Notes under the pieces: model-generated
Seen by the model: the letters and a program-made list of their open reading frames with translations, nothing else
Told to the model about the DNA's origin: nothing
The model's database searches: none
From: Anaeramoeba ignava BMAN
Taxonomy: Eukaryota > Protista > Anaeramoebae
Direction: 5' to 3'
Length of the DNA stretch: 64,000 bases
NCBI GenBank assembly: GCA_028826165.1
Contig: JAPDFW010000110.1
Coordinates: 1 to 64,000, forward strand
Shown here: one piece after another, positions 1 to 12,811 of the stretch
Layout of the letters: each line of letters opens with the position of its first letter
Numbering within the stretch: position 1 is the stretch's first letter
Program-made: the position numbers and the translations under genes

Positions 1-3000
1 TCAGGTTTCATTAGAGCATAATCTTATTATAAATTTGATTTCTTATTTTTATCAAAATTAAAAAGAAACTTGTTCTATTCATAAAAATATTTCAATTGCA
101 GATTGTCTGAAATGATAGATTCTTTTATGCATTTCTCTGATTTGCTTTAATTTCCAACTTCGATTCTTTTCAAAATATCAGCATCCTTATTACTATTATA
201 TTTATTAACAGTTTTAGACTTAATTACATCAATAGCATCTTGATCTTGATAATTGAATCTGGTGTAATTTCAAAATATCTGTATTTGAAACTAAAGGTGT
301 GATTATTTGGCATTTTTATTCTAATTAGTGGCTTTTTCTTCGAAAAATTTGATTTTATATTGGAATTCCCATCTGATATAGTTTGCAAATTAGTTTAAAT
401 CTCCACTTACTATTTTAGAACTTACAATTTCAATTCCTTCAAACTCTTCCAAATTATTTTCATTTTCTCCATCTCTATTCTCCATTTCATCATTTTCACT
501 TTCATCTTGTGTTTCATGTGCGAAATTTTGATTAAAATCTGCAATTGTTGATTCGCTACTTTTTTTGCTTCCATTTTCTCATTCATTTCATCAACTTTTT
601 ATCTACCAATTTCTTTGAACCTTGATCTTCTTATTAAAACTTCAAGAATGATCAAAATTATAATTTTGGTTTAAATTTTCTTCTGCGATGTGAAAGAATC
701 TTCTCTTTATCAATTTCAATGTATTCCTTTTTGTTTTTGTGAATCCGAATTTGCATTTAAATCTAATGATCCCCAAGGTCCTCTTTCATTTGTAAGATTT
801 TGATATGCCAATCTCCATTTCCCTACTTGCTTTCTTCTTCATTTTTTCTTTTCAATGAAATAAATCTCACAATTCTTTGGTTTTCTTCCTTTACTTTCGA
901 TGAAAACCATCTGATAAAGATCTCTTTTCTTTTATTGATTTGATTTTCTGATCTAATTTTTCAAATAACTTCTCATAATTTTCATGATCCAAATCGTTCA
1001 TTTTTGTATCTTTATGAATGTAATAAATCTCTTGATCATTCTTCATCTTTTTGATTCTGGATGGAAAACTTCATTGATCATTTGATCCATTTCAGGTTGT
1101 TAAAATTAAATATCCATAACTAACACATTCTTTTTTGTTTCAATTCAAAACCTTCACAATGGATTTGTTTTCTTGTTTTGTATTTTCTGTTGTATTTTCA
1201 TTATCAAGTATCCTCCCTTTCACACTAACTTCAGAGAATTGAATATTTTGGGTTGCCAGTAAACAACAATAAAATCCCAATTTTATCGTTTCCTTTTTCA
1301 CTTTTAAATGGTTTTCTTTTTTTGATCTTCGATTCAATCAGAGCATAAATAAATAAAAAGTGACAGGCCCCCTGTTTGTTTGTATTTTATTTCCTGATTT
1401 TGATTAGGAATGATACTGTAGATAAAGAAAATAACCAAATAATACTTCCATACTTTGCATTGCATTCCCCAGTCTTAATCAATTCCATCATGGCAATTAT
1501 AATTGTAATTTGAAGAACATTTTTTGTTTTGGTTTTATCATTCAAAAATAAAAAGTAATTCTCATTTTCAAAAACTCCCAATTTTTGAAGAAAATTAATA
1601 AATTTAGATGATAAATCGTAATCTTCCCACTTATTAATTTCCGTCTCAACTCTTGACTGAAAACGAAACATAACATCTCCATATTCTCTATGCTGTAAAA
1701 ACATTGATTTTAGCTCTTCTGCATTATAATTACCAAGTTTTTTACTCAAACGATTTGTTTGATCAATCTCGTTTTTAGCATTCATTACTGAGAATCTCAA
1801 AAGATAATTGGCTGTAAATTGTTTGTTTATTTCCTTTTGTGAATGCTTTTTTTGCTGTACATTTTCTTGTGTTTTGTTTTCTTCTATTTTTTTTTCTTCC
1901 AAATTTCTTCTTGGAATGATTTTAGGTGTGAAAAAGATAAATTGATAAATTGAATTAATGCAGATATATTAATGTTTGTTGAAGATGTTTTGCTCCATTT
2001 TTCTCTTTCATAAAACAATATTCTTGTAATATTTTGAAAGTTTCAAAAACAGTCTGATTAATTTCTTTTCTAATTTCTTTCCTTGTGATTTGCTTCTTTT
2101 GCAAAACATCAATATGCTCTTCTTTGATTTTATTCAATCTTCTTCTTTCTTTCCATTTTGATTTGTGTTTCTGTGTTGTCATTCTTGGTGATAAAAAGTC
2201 GATTCTTCACCTTTTTGTTATTTTTGATTTTCATTTTCATTCTCAATTAGTGAATTTTGATCAACCATTTCAATCAACCAATTTTGCCACATTTGTTGTT
2301 GAATAAAAACAGAGCAATTATAATCACTTTTCTTCAGCAAATAAAGAATTTCTTGCATAATTTCTAAGGAATAAAAATGTTCTGGTTCTTTGATAATAAA
2401 TTGGAATATTGTTTCTAAAATCCACGGTTTTTGAATCTTTATTTCTTCGTTGTTTTCAATAATTTCTTCAAAATTATGGTTTGTCGAAAGAAGCATTTGG
2501 AATAGTATTTGACTGATTTTCTTGGTGAATTTATACTTCAATAAAATACTATGAATGATGTAATATCCTGATTCTGGATAAAGACGACTTGTGTATTTCT
2601 TTTTGTTTTGAATATTCTCATTGAAAAAATCAATATGCCAAATTATATGAAGAAATAATTCTCTCAATGAATCATCTTCAATATCAAGAAAAACAATAAA
2701 TGCATCCATATATCCAATTGATGATAATGCTTCAATCACTTTTGAACTATCATTTTCATGCAATTCATCATGAGAAACAATACTATTCTTCTCCTCTTTG
2801 GATTTTTTACTGGATTTAGTTTGATTATCATTTTCTCCTTCTTTGGCTTTGACTTTTGTTGTGTCAATTATTGTTTTTCTTTTCTGTTCTTTTTCCAATT
2901 TGTTTGCTTCCTTTTTCCTTTCCAAAACTTTTTTGCACATTAAATTTTCTGAATTTTGTATCAAGTCATGAAAAAATATTATCACATCTTTCATTTCTTC

Positions 3001-6000
3001 TGTATGCATTATATCATACATCGCAATACAATATTGAATAATTGACTGAATATCCTCAACTCCAACATGATTTTGGAATTTGTTTTTCAACAAATTCAAT
3101 AAATTATTTCTTAGATTTACAACTTCTTCATTTTTGGGTCTATTCCAAGAAATATTAGAATTTTTTGATACATTATCCTTTTTAGGTTCTATTCCAATAG
3201 AATAAGTTTCAGGTGATAACCAATAGTATAATCGAAGTAAATTCATAATTTGTTGTGTGTGAATTTTGGATCTATTGAAAAATATCGTTTCTTTTTTTAT
3301 TAATAAATTATCCATAATTTCTTGTATAATTTGATTCTGAATTTGATAATCTGTGTAAATCCAAATATCAAAATTGAAAATGAAAGTGTGAGTTAAGTAT
3401 TCAATTAATTCAGGTTTTGCTGATTTCAAAATGATAGTTTGAATGGTTTTAATAAATTTTTCATTAATATAATCTGGTGGAAGTCCTTCAAGAATATTAC
3501 CCAAAATTAGAAATCCTGATGATGAAATCATATCTTCTTGATTTGCTGGACTTCCAATTAGTACATCAGCAATTAAATCAAAAATGTTCTCATTGAAATT
3601 ATTTTCAGATTTTGATGTTATAAAATCAATTATTTTGTTTGAAGTATTTGGATCCTCACTAAAAGGATATGGATTTGGATTTTTATTTTTAATTGATTTT
3701 GTATTTTGTTCATTTTGGTTTTGCAATTTGTGGAAATATTCCCTAATATTAAATGATGATATTCTTTGTTCCAATTCTTTAATAAGTGTTTCGAAATCAA
3801 ATTGCATTTCTTTGTGAGAAAGTTCAAAAAATAAAGGAAAAAGCAATTTAATTCCTCCAAGACAATAAATAATATCATCTAAATTTCTGATCACACATTT
3901 AAACATTGCAACAATTTTTGTCTTTTGAATAACAGGATTTGGATTTTGATCGAAACAATATTTAAAATCACAAGCTTTACTATTAAAATTCACAAATAAT
4001 TTGTCTGTTAAACTCCCATCAAAAAGACTAAAGACAGGAGATGAAAAAGAAACTGTTTTGTGTTTAGAAGTTTGAGATTGCTGATTTTGAGCTTCGAATA
4101 ATTTGGGATATAAAGAAGGGTTTATGGATTGTTCTTCAAATGACCACATGTAATTAGCTCCAAGTTGATAAATCCCAGATATTTGATTTGCATTTAAAAC
4201 ATCATCAAATATATATATTGTTCCCATTTGCCCAAAAAATGGGTTTTCTCGAGTTGATTGTTTTTGATTTTCTGATTGATTAATTTGGAAATTAGAACCA
4301 ATCTTGTTGTAAATTAAATGGTCTGTTGTAGATGGATATTTCAAAGATGATTTAAAAACTTGAGCTCCATCAATATATATATCTTTGTTTCTCCTGATGA
4401 AGACCATCTTGATAAAGATTGTGAAAAAGTGAAGAAAAACCATTGTTTAAGAGACATATCAAAAGGATAAACCAAGAAATCACTTTCTGATTGATTTGTT
4501 GTAACTTTAATAACAAAATCCATTTTAGGCTCAACAAGATGCATTACTTTTTGTTCGCTTGAATCTATGTTTTTATTATCCTTCTTATCACTATACTTTG
4601 AACGAAGAGCAAAAAATGCTTCGATTCCTTGTCCATTTTGTGTGAGGAAACTAAATATTCTTGGTTCATAATTTGGTTTGTTAAGTGGATCAATAAAACT
4701 TTCAATTCTCATCCATGTTGAAAAAGTATATCCATGAACAAGTGGCCATTTTTCTAATTTTGGGAATACAAGACATGATGATCTTCCATCAAAATCAAAA
4801 AAAACTTTGGGTTGTCTTCTTCTTTCTGCATGTCTTTTAGATAAAATCTTCTTCAAAACTAACAAAAATAGATGAGAATAAGGCGAATAAGCTCCTGATT
4901 TAAATTTTTTAAGATGACTGAACAAAAGATTTAATTCATTAACTGAAATGTAATGTGAACCAAGAATAGCTAATAACCCAATTACTCTTTCAATAAGAAT
5001 TTGATTTGATTTCTGGATTTCTTTTTCTCTCTTTGCTTTAGGAAGTAAATGCTTCTTGATAAATAATATTGGTATTTGATCAATCAAAAGAGAAATTAAT
5101 CCAGAATCACAACAGCAGGATGTGTTATGAATAGATTTATTGCAAATATCAATAAATGTTTCCAAAAGATGAAGAAATAGTTTTTCTGTATTTGGCTGTG
5201 AATATAAACGAAATAATACAGGAACAACATCTGGGTTTTGGATAATGAAATTTGTTTCCTGATCAAAAGTATTATCATTAAAATCCTTTTTGAATTTGTT
5301 ATCATTTTCCTTGTTGAAAACATTGTTATTTACAACCATATTCATTAAAAGATTATAAATTGTATCTGCCTTTTCTAAATAATTTGATTGAGCTATCAAA
5401 TTTTCTAATGTTTTGTATCCAACATCCTTATTAAAATAAATGATGTTTTTACGGTTTGCTCTGAAAATTTGGATAAGAAGACGCAGAATATCAATTATTA
5501 ATTTATTTGAAGATTCTTGTGTGCTAAGAAGAGTTGCAGTTAATTTAAATATCCCAACTTTAACTAAAATTGATTGAAGAGCTCTCTGATTTTGGATAAT
5601 GGAAAGAGTTAATGTTTGCAAAAAATCTCGAATCAATATCAAATATCTTATATTTTTGTTTGTTTGTTCTTGATATGAATTAATAAATGTTTGATGCATC
5701 CTCGAAATAAATTCAATTATTAACATATAAAAATCAATCCATGAATGATTTTTTGTTTTAGGAGTTGATACAAAAATATTTTGGAATTGCTTCATTATAA
5801 ATCGTCTTGTTTTCACTTCAAGAAGATTATTTAATAATATTTTTATCGAAGCAAATTCGCTATTTTTGTTATTGCGAATAAATTTGTTGATGATTTTTGG
5901 ATTTGAAAAAAATAAATTGATAATATCGTATATATGAAAACGAATTTCATAAATTAAATCACTAGAAAACGTTTTGGTTCTTTTTAGATAATTTTGGTGG

Positions 6001-8886
6001 TTTTCTTTAAGATTATCTATATATTCTTGATCAACTGATAAATTTTGATTTGATTTTCTTTTCTGAAGTTGTAAATAAATTTGTTCTTCTTGTAACTCAA
6101 AATTTAATACACAAAGTTCATCAATAGCTGCCAATTTTTGAAGTGATTCTTGTGTTATTAGAAGTTTATTTTTCATAATTGACAGAAGTGTTTTTATGCA
6201 TTCTAGAACAATATTCAAATTTTTTGCATTATCTTTTATCAATTTGATTAAGATTTGGCATTCGTAAATATTGGATACTATTTGGTTTGTTGCCACATAT
6301 GAAATTAAATCAAACATAAAACCCTTCAATGAATGAAATAAATCAAGAGAAGGTTTAGGACCAATAAAATAATTATTAGTTTCATAATAAAAGAAATCTG
6401 AACAGAAAATATTCCACATATTATATTCATTTAAAATATCTAAAGCAGCTTGATCTAATATTGTTGAAAATAACATGAAAACTTCCAACTAATTTATTCA
6501 AAAAAATAATAATAATAAAATTTATTAGAATAAAAATGAATTTTTCTTTTTTCTGATTATATAAAACTTTTTTTTTACTTGTAAATCTGGTGATATGATT
6601 CTTATAAAATCACGATATTCTCGATTTGCATAAGATTTATGGAAATTATAATTGAAAGTATCCAAACAAACACAAAGAATTTGATCTTTAATTCTAGATA
6701 TGGATTGTAAACCTGATTTCCATCTTTGTAAATTTTCCCAATTTGAATCACTTTGAATAAGATCCTTTTTTCCAATATTTTCTTTGATTGTTTTTTGGTT
6801 TGTATTCTTGTTGTCTTCTTTTATTAATAATGAATTGTTTGCACTTTCAATGCAAATATCTCTAAAAACTTGGAATAGTCTATGAAGTTTATGATTAGTT
6901 TGTATATCATGTGGGAATTTTGGTTTAGTTGTATTTTTAGGTTGAGAAAAATCGTCTGGATTAGATAATTGCAATATTTGAGGTAAATCAGTTTGAAAAG
7001 CTTGTAAATTTGTTGGGAAAATGAAATTTTTGCGAAGAAATGAAGAATTATTAAGAGAATTTGAACGTTGATTAGTTTTAGTATTTTGTTTATCTTTAAT
7101 TTTTAATAAAGTTTTTTCTTTTTCTTTTGCTTTCATATCTTCAATTTTTTTCTGAATTCGTTGTTGTTTGTTTTTAGTAAATTCTTCAACATAATCTTGA
7201 GGAAATGAATAAGCAACCCAAAGAATTAAATCGCAAAGTCTTGAAAATTGAGAATTTTTCCCAAAAGAAGTTTCAATTTTAGTATTTTCTTTAATTAATT
7301 CTCTAAGTGTTTGCAAAACAATAATTTTAGTTTGAAATTCAAGATTTTTGAGAGTTGAAATTTGGAAAGTTTGATTAAAAGTGAAGATATTTTCATGAAT
7401 AACAACATTTTTGATATTATTAAAAATTGAATCAAATGATTTTAAATAGATATTTAATTTTTGTTTTTCAGAAACTTTTTCAATTTTAACATTTTCAAAA
7501 TTGAAAAGTTGGATTTTTGGAACAGAAAGATTAGGTCTTGTTAAAATATTCAGTATTGTATCCGTAATTCTCATACTAATATCATCAGGAATTGAAACAT
7601 AAATTGATAAATTTAGTAAAATGGAAATTAAATTGATTTGTATTTGATATTGGTGATGGTTTAAAAGGAAATTTTCAGAAAGATGGTAACTATTATCAAG
7701 AAAAGCTAAAATGAAGCAATTTTTTTATTTAAAAAAATTTTGTTTGTTTTTCATTCAATAATTTTAATACCAATTAAATAATCTAATAACCCAAAATTAA
7801 CAATCCATTGTAATTTCAACTCAGAATTAATTGAAAATAATTGTTTTTCCAAAGAAGTATTTAAATCATTAATAAAATTAAGGTTTGAAAGAACGCATGT
7901 AATTTTTAAAACTTTGTGTAATAAAAATTGTAAAAGTAATTGGTGTTTTGTTTGAGAAGGAGATAGTTGATAAATTTCCAAATTTTCATTTGTTTTTTCA
8001 AATTTAGTCTATATAATATAATATAAAATTAAAATTAAATTAATAAAATGGGAAGAACTGAATAAATAATTTTCAATTTTACATCAGCAATGAATATTTT
8101 AAAATAGGAATTTGCTACATTTGCCAATTCAACCAAGAGATTAAATAAGAATAAATTTTCAAATGAATTTCTATTAAATTGAGATTTGATTAAAATATCA
8201 ACCATATCAAGAGAATTTGCTGATAAAATATCTGATTGTTTTGATTCAAACAAGTTTATTCCTGATTCTTTTTCCAAATCTAATTATAATTTTTTTTTTA
8301 ATAATTTTAATTTCATTTAATTTAATAATTTAATTTTTACGAGAATCAAGTAATTCTTTAAAAGTTAATAATCCATTCATTGTTTCTGTTATTAATTCAG
8401 TTGGATGAGCTAAATCATTATTGATTGCATTTTGTAATGTTAAATGAAATTCTTTTTCAGAATTTTTTTTATTTTTTTTATCCTTTTTCTTAGTTTTATT
8501 TTGTTCATTTTCATTAATATTTAAATTGGAATCAATTAAATTTTTGTTTTGATTTTGAATAATATCTTCAGGTGACCAATCTTTATAACTTTCAATAAAT
8601 AAATTTGAGAATTCAAAAAACCAATTTGTTCTTGCTTCCTTTTTTTTTTTTTTTAATTATGAATATAAAAGAAAGTTTAAATGGATATTTTGAATGAAAA
8701 AAAAAATACTGGATCTGTTATTTGTTTTCTTTTTTCCCATAAATTTTTTAATTTTTCTCCATTTGGAGAATGTTTAATAAAATTATCTTCTGTTTCATCT
8801 TGTATTGTTTGATTTGTTTGACTTGGAATATTTTGTTGAGTTTTATTTTGTGATTTTTTTTTAAATAAACCTTTAAAAAATGACAT
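1..8886 (-). CDS. Neurobeachin/LRBA-like BEACH-family protein (5' part; BEACH/WD40 end lies beyond the left edge); multi-exon, many indel breaks
   Basis: ConA-like domain VFFDFDGRSSCLVFPKLEKWPLVHGYTFSTWMRIES; DUF4704-like IIYCLGGIKLLFPLF; ERGPWG near 780; PH-BEACH-like RSWKLKQIREMHKRIYHFRQSAIEIF at ~85-165. GT-AG introns near 8639-8709, 8280-8340, 8009-8082, 7706-7770 and 6489-6578 join the track ORFs. Confidence 0.9.
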
Positions 8887-9073
8887 ATTTTTTTTTTATA
8901 TTATATATTATTTAAAAGAAAAATATAAACGAAAAAATGAAAAAATGAATTTTGAAAAAAAATTTTTTTATTATTAAAAATTAATCCAAAAAAAAAGAAA
9001 AAGAAAAAAATTTTCGAAAATTTTTGATTTTAATTTTAATTTTAATTTTTGATTTTAATTTTGATTTTAATTT

Positions 9074-9393
9074 TTAATTATTTTGATTTTCATAATCTCT
9101 TAAAGCAATTTCATATTCATTTTTTAATTGTTGAGCTTGATCTTGATAAATCTAAAATAAATCAAAAATTAATCAAAAATTAATTAATAAAAAATTAATA
9201 ATAAATTTTTTACTTGTTTTTCTTCATCAGTTAAAGATTTCCAAATTTCTGCTAATTGTTTTGTTAATTCACTCATTTTCATATTAGGATTTTGTTGTTT
9301 AATAGTTTCCCTATTTTCTCTACAAAAAATAAGAAAAGCACTTAAAGGTCTTTTTGGTTTTTGTAAATTTTTTTGATTAGAAGAAGAAGACAT
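9074..9393 (-). CDS. Small single HMG-box protein (NHP6/HMGB-like), 2 exons
   Basis: KPKRPLSAFLIFCRENRETIKQQNP...LAEIWKSLTDEEKQ; GT-AG intron ~9152-9213, then IYQDQAQQLKNEYEIALRDYENQNN*. The likely ATG is 9393, not 9519. Confidence 0.93.
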
Positions 9394-9542
9394 TCTTTTT
9401 TTTTTAAAAAACAAAAATGAAAAGAAAAGAAAAGAAAAAAATGAAAAATAAAAAAAATAAAATTTCTTTAAATAGAAAACTTTTTTTTTTTTCCGATTTA
9501 TTTTTACAACAAAAAACAATTTAAATTTAAAATAAATTTCCT

Positions 9543-11144
9543 TTAAACTCTTTCTTTTTTTGTTTTACTATATTCTTGATCAATAATTAAAAAAAGTTGG
9601 TCATTTTTTAAAGAATTTAAAGAATGTTTAAATGTTTCTAAATTTTGATTATAATTTTGAATTAAATAATTCATAAATTTTCGAGTAGAATTTTGAGTAA
9701 TAATTTTAAATTCTTCACGACTTAATTTATTTTTCAAGTATTTTGGTTGTAAATATGTTTTGATTTCACAAACAATCATTAAATGAATATTTCTAAGTGG
9801 AGAAAATTGAAGATCAACAAGTTGATTTTTGAATAAAATATCTGATGAAAATTTTTGATTTTTTAATTGATTTTTTAATTGATTTTGATTTTGATTTTGA
9901 TTTTGATTTTGATTTGAATTTTCATTTTGGTTTTGATTTGAATTTTCATTTTGATTTGAATTTTGATTTTGATTTTGGTTTTGATTTTGATTTTGATTTG
10001 AATTTTCATTTTGGTTTGAATTTATCAAATTTCTTTTTCTATTATTTTGAAATTCTTTTTCTTTTTCTTTTTCTTCTCCATTTCTAAAATCATTTTTTCT
10101 CACATTTTTTGAAATTAATTCATAATGAGAATAAACCAAGTTTTGTTCTTGAGAATTTTCTACACTTGAATAATGAATATTTTGTGAAGAAGTTGAATCT
10201 AAACTCGAATTAAAATTTATTTTTTCATTTTTTTCATTTTTTCCATTTTGAAAAGGAATTTGTGCTTCTTTTCTTCTTTTGATTTCATGATTAATTAAAG
10301 GGAAAGGACTAATAATTTTTTGATTTAAAAATTGTGGGAATTGTTGATTTGAATTTGAATAATATACAGATGGAATATTTTGTGAATCTTGGGTTTTTGA
10401 ATCGTTTTGACGAGAAGAAGATTCATAAAAAGCATGAGAAGTCAAGAAACTAGGCATTGAATTTGAGTTTGGAATTGAAGGGGAATTGAAAAGGATATTT
10501 TGGGAATTATTTGGAGTTGAAATGAATCTGAAATTTTGATTGATATTTTGATTTTCTTTTTCGTATGAAAAATTGGAAAAATTTTTTTGTGAATTTTGGG
10601 ATAATTTAACAACTTCCAAACGAGAGAATATAGGTGTTTGACTGTTTCGAGGAGTTTGTGTTTGTGATTTTCTTGATAATATTTCTCTTTCTTGGTTAGA
10701 TAGTTGAGAAGTTAAAGGAATTTCTGAATCTTCTTCAATTTCATCTTCAAGTGAATTTTCTGATTCAATTGAAAAATTTTGAATTTCTTGAATTCTTTGT
10801 ATTTTTTCATAACGATTTGATTGGAGATGGCCAATTATTTGGGATAATCTGATTCTGATTATTGATTCATTTTCATTTTCATTTTCAATTTCTTCAATTT
10901 CTTGATTTTCTTCAATTAATTTTTTTTTCTTTTTCTTTTTGATTTGAATTTTTTTGATTTCTTTTGTTTCCATATCAATTATATAGTCAAATGTTTGTTT
11001 GCATAACGGACATTTATTTGATTGTTTAGACCATTCTGTAATGCATTCTAAACAGAAAATATGTCTACAAACATTAGGTTTTGTTGGTTTTTGAATGTCT
11101 CCTAAACAAATTGCACATCTTTCTTTTTCATTTGAATTTTGCAT
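9543..11144 (-). CDS. RING-HC E3 ligase with C-terminal SRI-like domain (SCAF11/PHRF1/Asr1-like architecture)
   Basis: CAICLGDIQKPTKPNVCRHIFCLECITEWSKQSNKCPLCK; C-terminal CEIKTYLQPKYLKNKLSREEFKIITQNSTRKF resembles the SCAF11/PHRF1 Pol II CTD-binding region. Confidence 0.8.
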   Translation of the reverse strand: MQNSNEKERCAICLGDIQKPTKPNVCRHIFCLECITEWSKQSNKCPLCKQTFDYIIDMETKEIKKIQIKKKKKKKLIEENQEIEEIENENENESIIRIRLSQIIGHLQSNRYEKIQRIQEIQNFSIESENSLEDEIEEDSEIPLTSQLSNQEREILSRKSQTQTPRNSQTPIFSRLEVVKLSQNSQKNFSNFSYEKENQNINQNFRFISTPNNSQNILFNSPSIPNSNSMPSFLTSHAFYESSSRQNDSKTQDSQNIPSVYYSNSNQQFPQFLNQKIISPFPLINHEIKRRKEAQIPFQNGKNEKNEKINFNSSLDSTSSQNIHYSSVENSQEQNLVYSHYELISKNVRKNDFRNGEEKEKEKEFQNNRKRNLINSNQNENSNQNQNQNQNQNQNSNQNENSNQNQNENSNQNQNQNQNQNQLKNQLKNQKFSSDILFKNQLVDLQFSPLRNIHLMIVCEIKTYLQPKYLKNKLSREEFKIITQNSTRKFMNYLIQNYNQNLETFKHSLNSLKNDQLFLIIDQEYSKTKKERV

Positions 11145-11279
11145 AATTTTTTCATAAACTACAATAATAATAATAAAGAAGAAACGAAAAAAAAAAGAAA
11201 TAAAAATGAAAAATGAAAAACTAAAAAAAATTTTTTTTTTCTTTTTTAAAATATCCGTTACTTTCTTTTTCCGATTTTG

Positions 11280-12060
<781 letters not shown>

Positions 12061-12247
12061 TATTTAATTTAATCAATCTAATTTAATCCAAATTCAAAAT
12101 CCAAATTCAAACAATCCACTTTTTATTGATCAATTTCAAGTATTAAGAAAATAAAAAGAAAATAAAAAGAAAATAAAAAGAAAATAAAATGAAAATATTA
12201 AGAAAATATTAAGAAAATATCAAAAATTTGTTTTGTTTTGTTTTGTT

Positions 12248-12613
12248 TTAAAGAAGATCTCTTTTTCTTTCATCTCTTGCTTCACTTCTTTCTTCAGTTT
12301 GTTTTTTTTCCTTCAAATTTTGTTGAGATTTTACAAATTTAAAATGAGGATGATTGTTTCTTAATGAATTTCCTTTTGTTCTAATTCTATTCTTCATTTT
12401 TTTCTTTTCTTGTTCTCTTTCAAATTCTCTTCTCCTTTCTTTAATTTTTCTTTTTTGTTCCATTTTTTTTTCTTTTTTTGCTTTTTTTTTCTCTTTTTTT
12501 GCAATGTTTTGATTTCTTTTATTTCTTTGTTTTAAATGAATTTTGTTTCCATTTCCTGTTTCTTTTTTGAAGTTAATTAAAGAAATATCAAAATTTTCTA
12601 AAGTTTTTTCCAT
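12248..12613 (-). CDS. Small basic coiled-coil hypothetical protein
   Basis: 121-aa ATG ORF, K/R/E-rich, divergent from the PARG gene; no recognised domain. Confidence 0.6.
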   Translation of the reverse strand: MEKTLENFDISLINFKKETGNGNKIHLKQRNKRNQNIAKKEKKKAKKEKKMEQKRKIKERRREFEREQEKKKMKNRIRTKGNSLRNNHPHFKFVKSQQNLKEKKQTEERSEARDERKRDLL

Positions 12614-12811
12614 TAATTTTGTTTTTAAAAAATAAAAATAAAGATAAAAATAAAAATAAAGATAAAAATGAAAAGAATTTGATTTAAATTTTTTCTTTTA
12701 AATTCTTTTCTGTCTACTTTTTCATTATCCACTTTTTTCTTTTTTAATTTTTAATTTTTTTTAATTTTTTTTAATTTCTTTTTTTCCTTTTTCATTTTTT
12801 TCATTAATTAA

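Noticed and set aside
1-2220. Pseudogenisation of the BEACH gene 3' region
   Set aside because: The dense frameshifts are single-base indels and the motifs remain conserved, so poor polishing is the simpler explanation.
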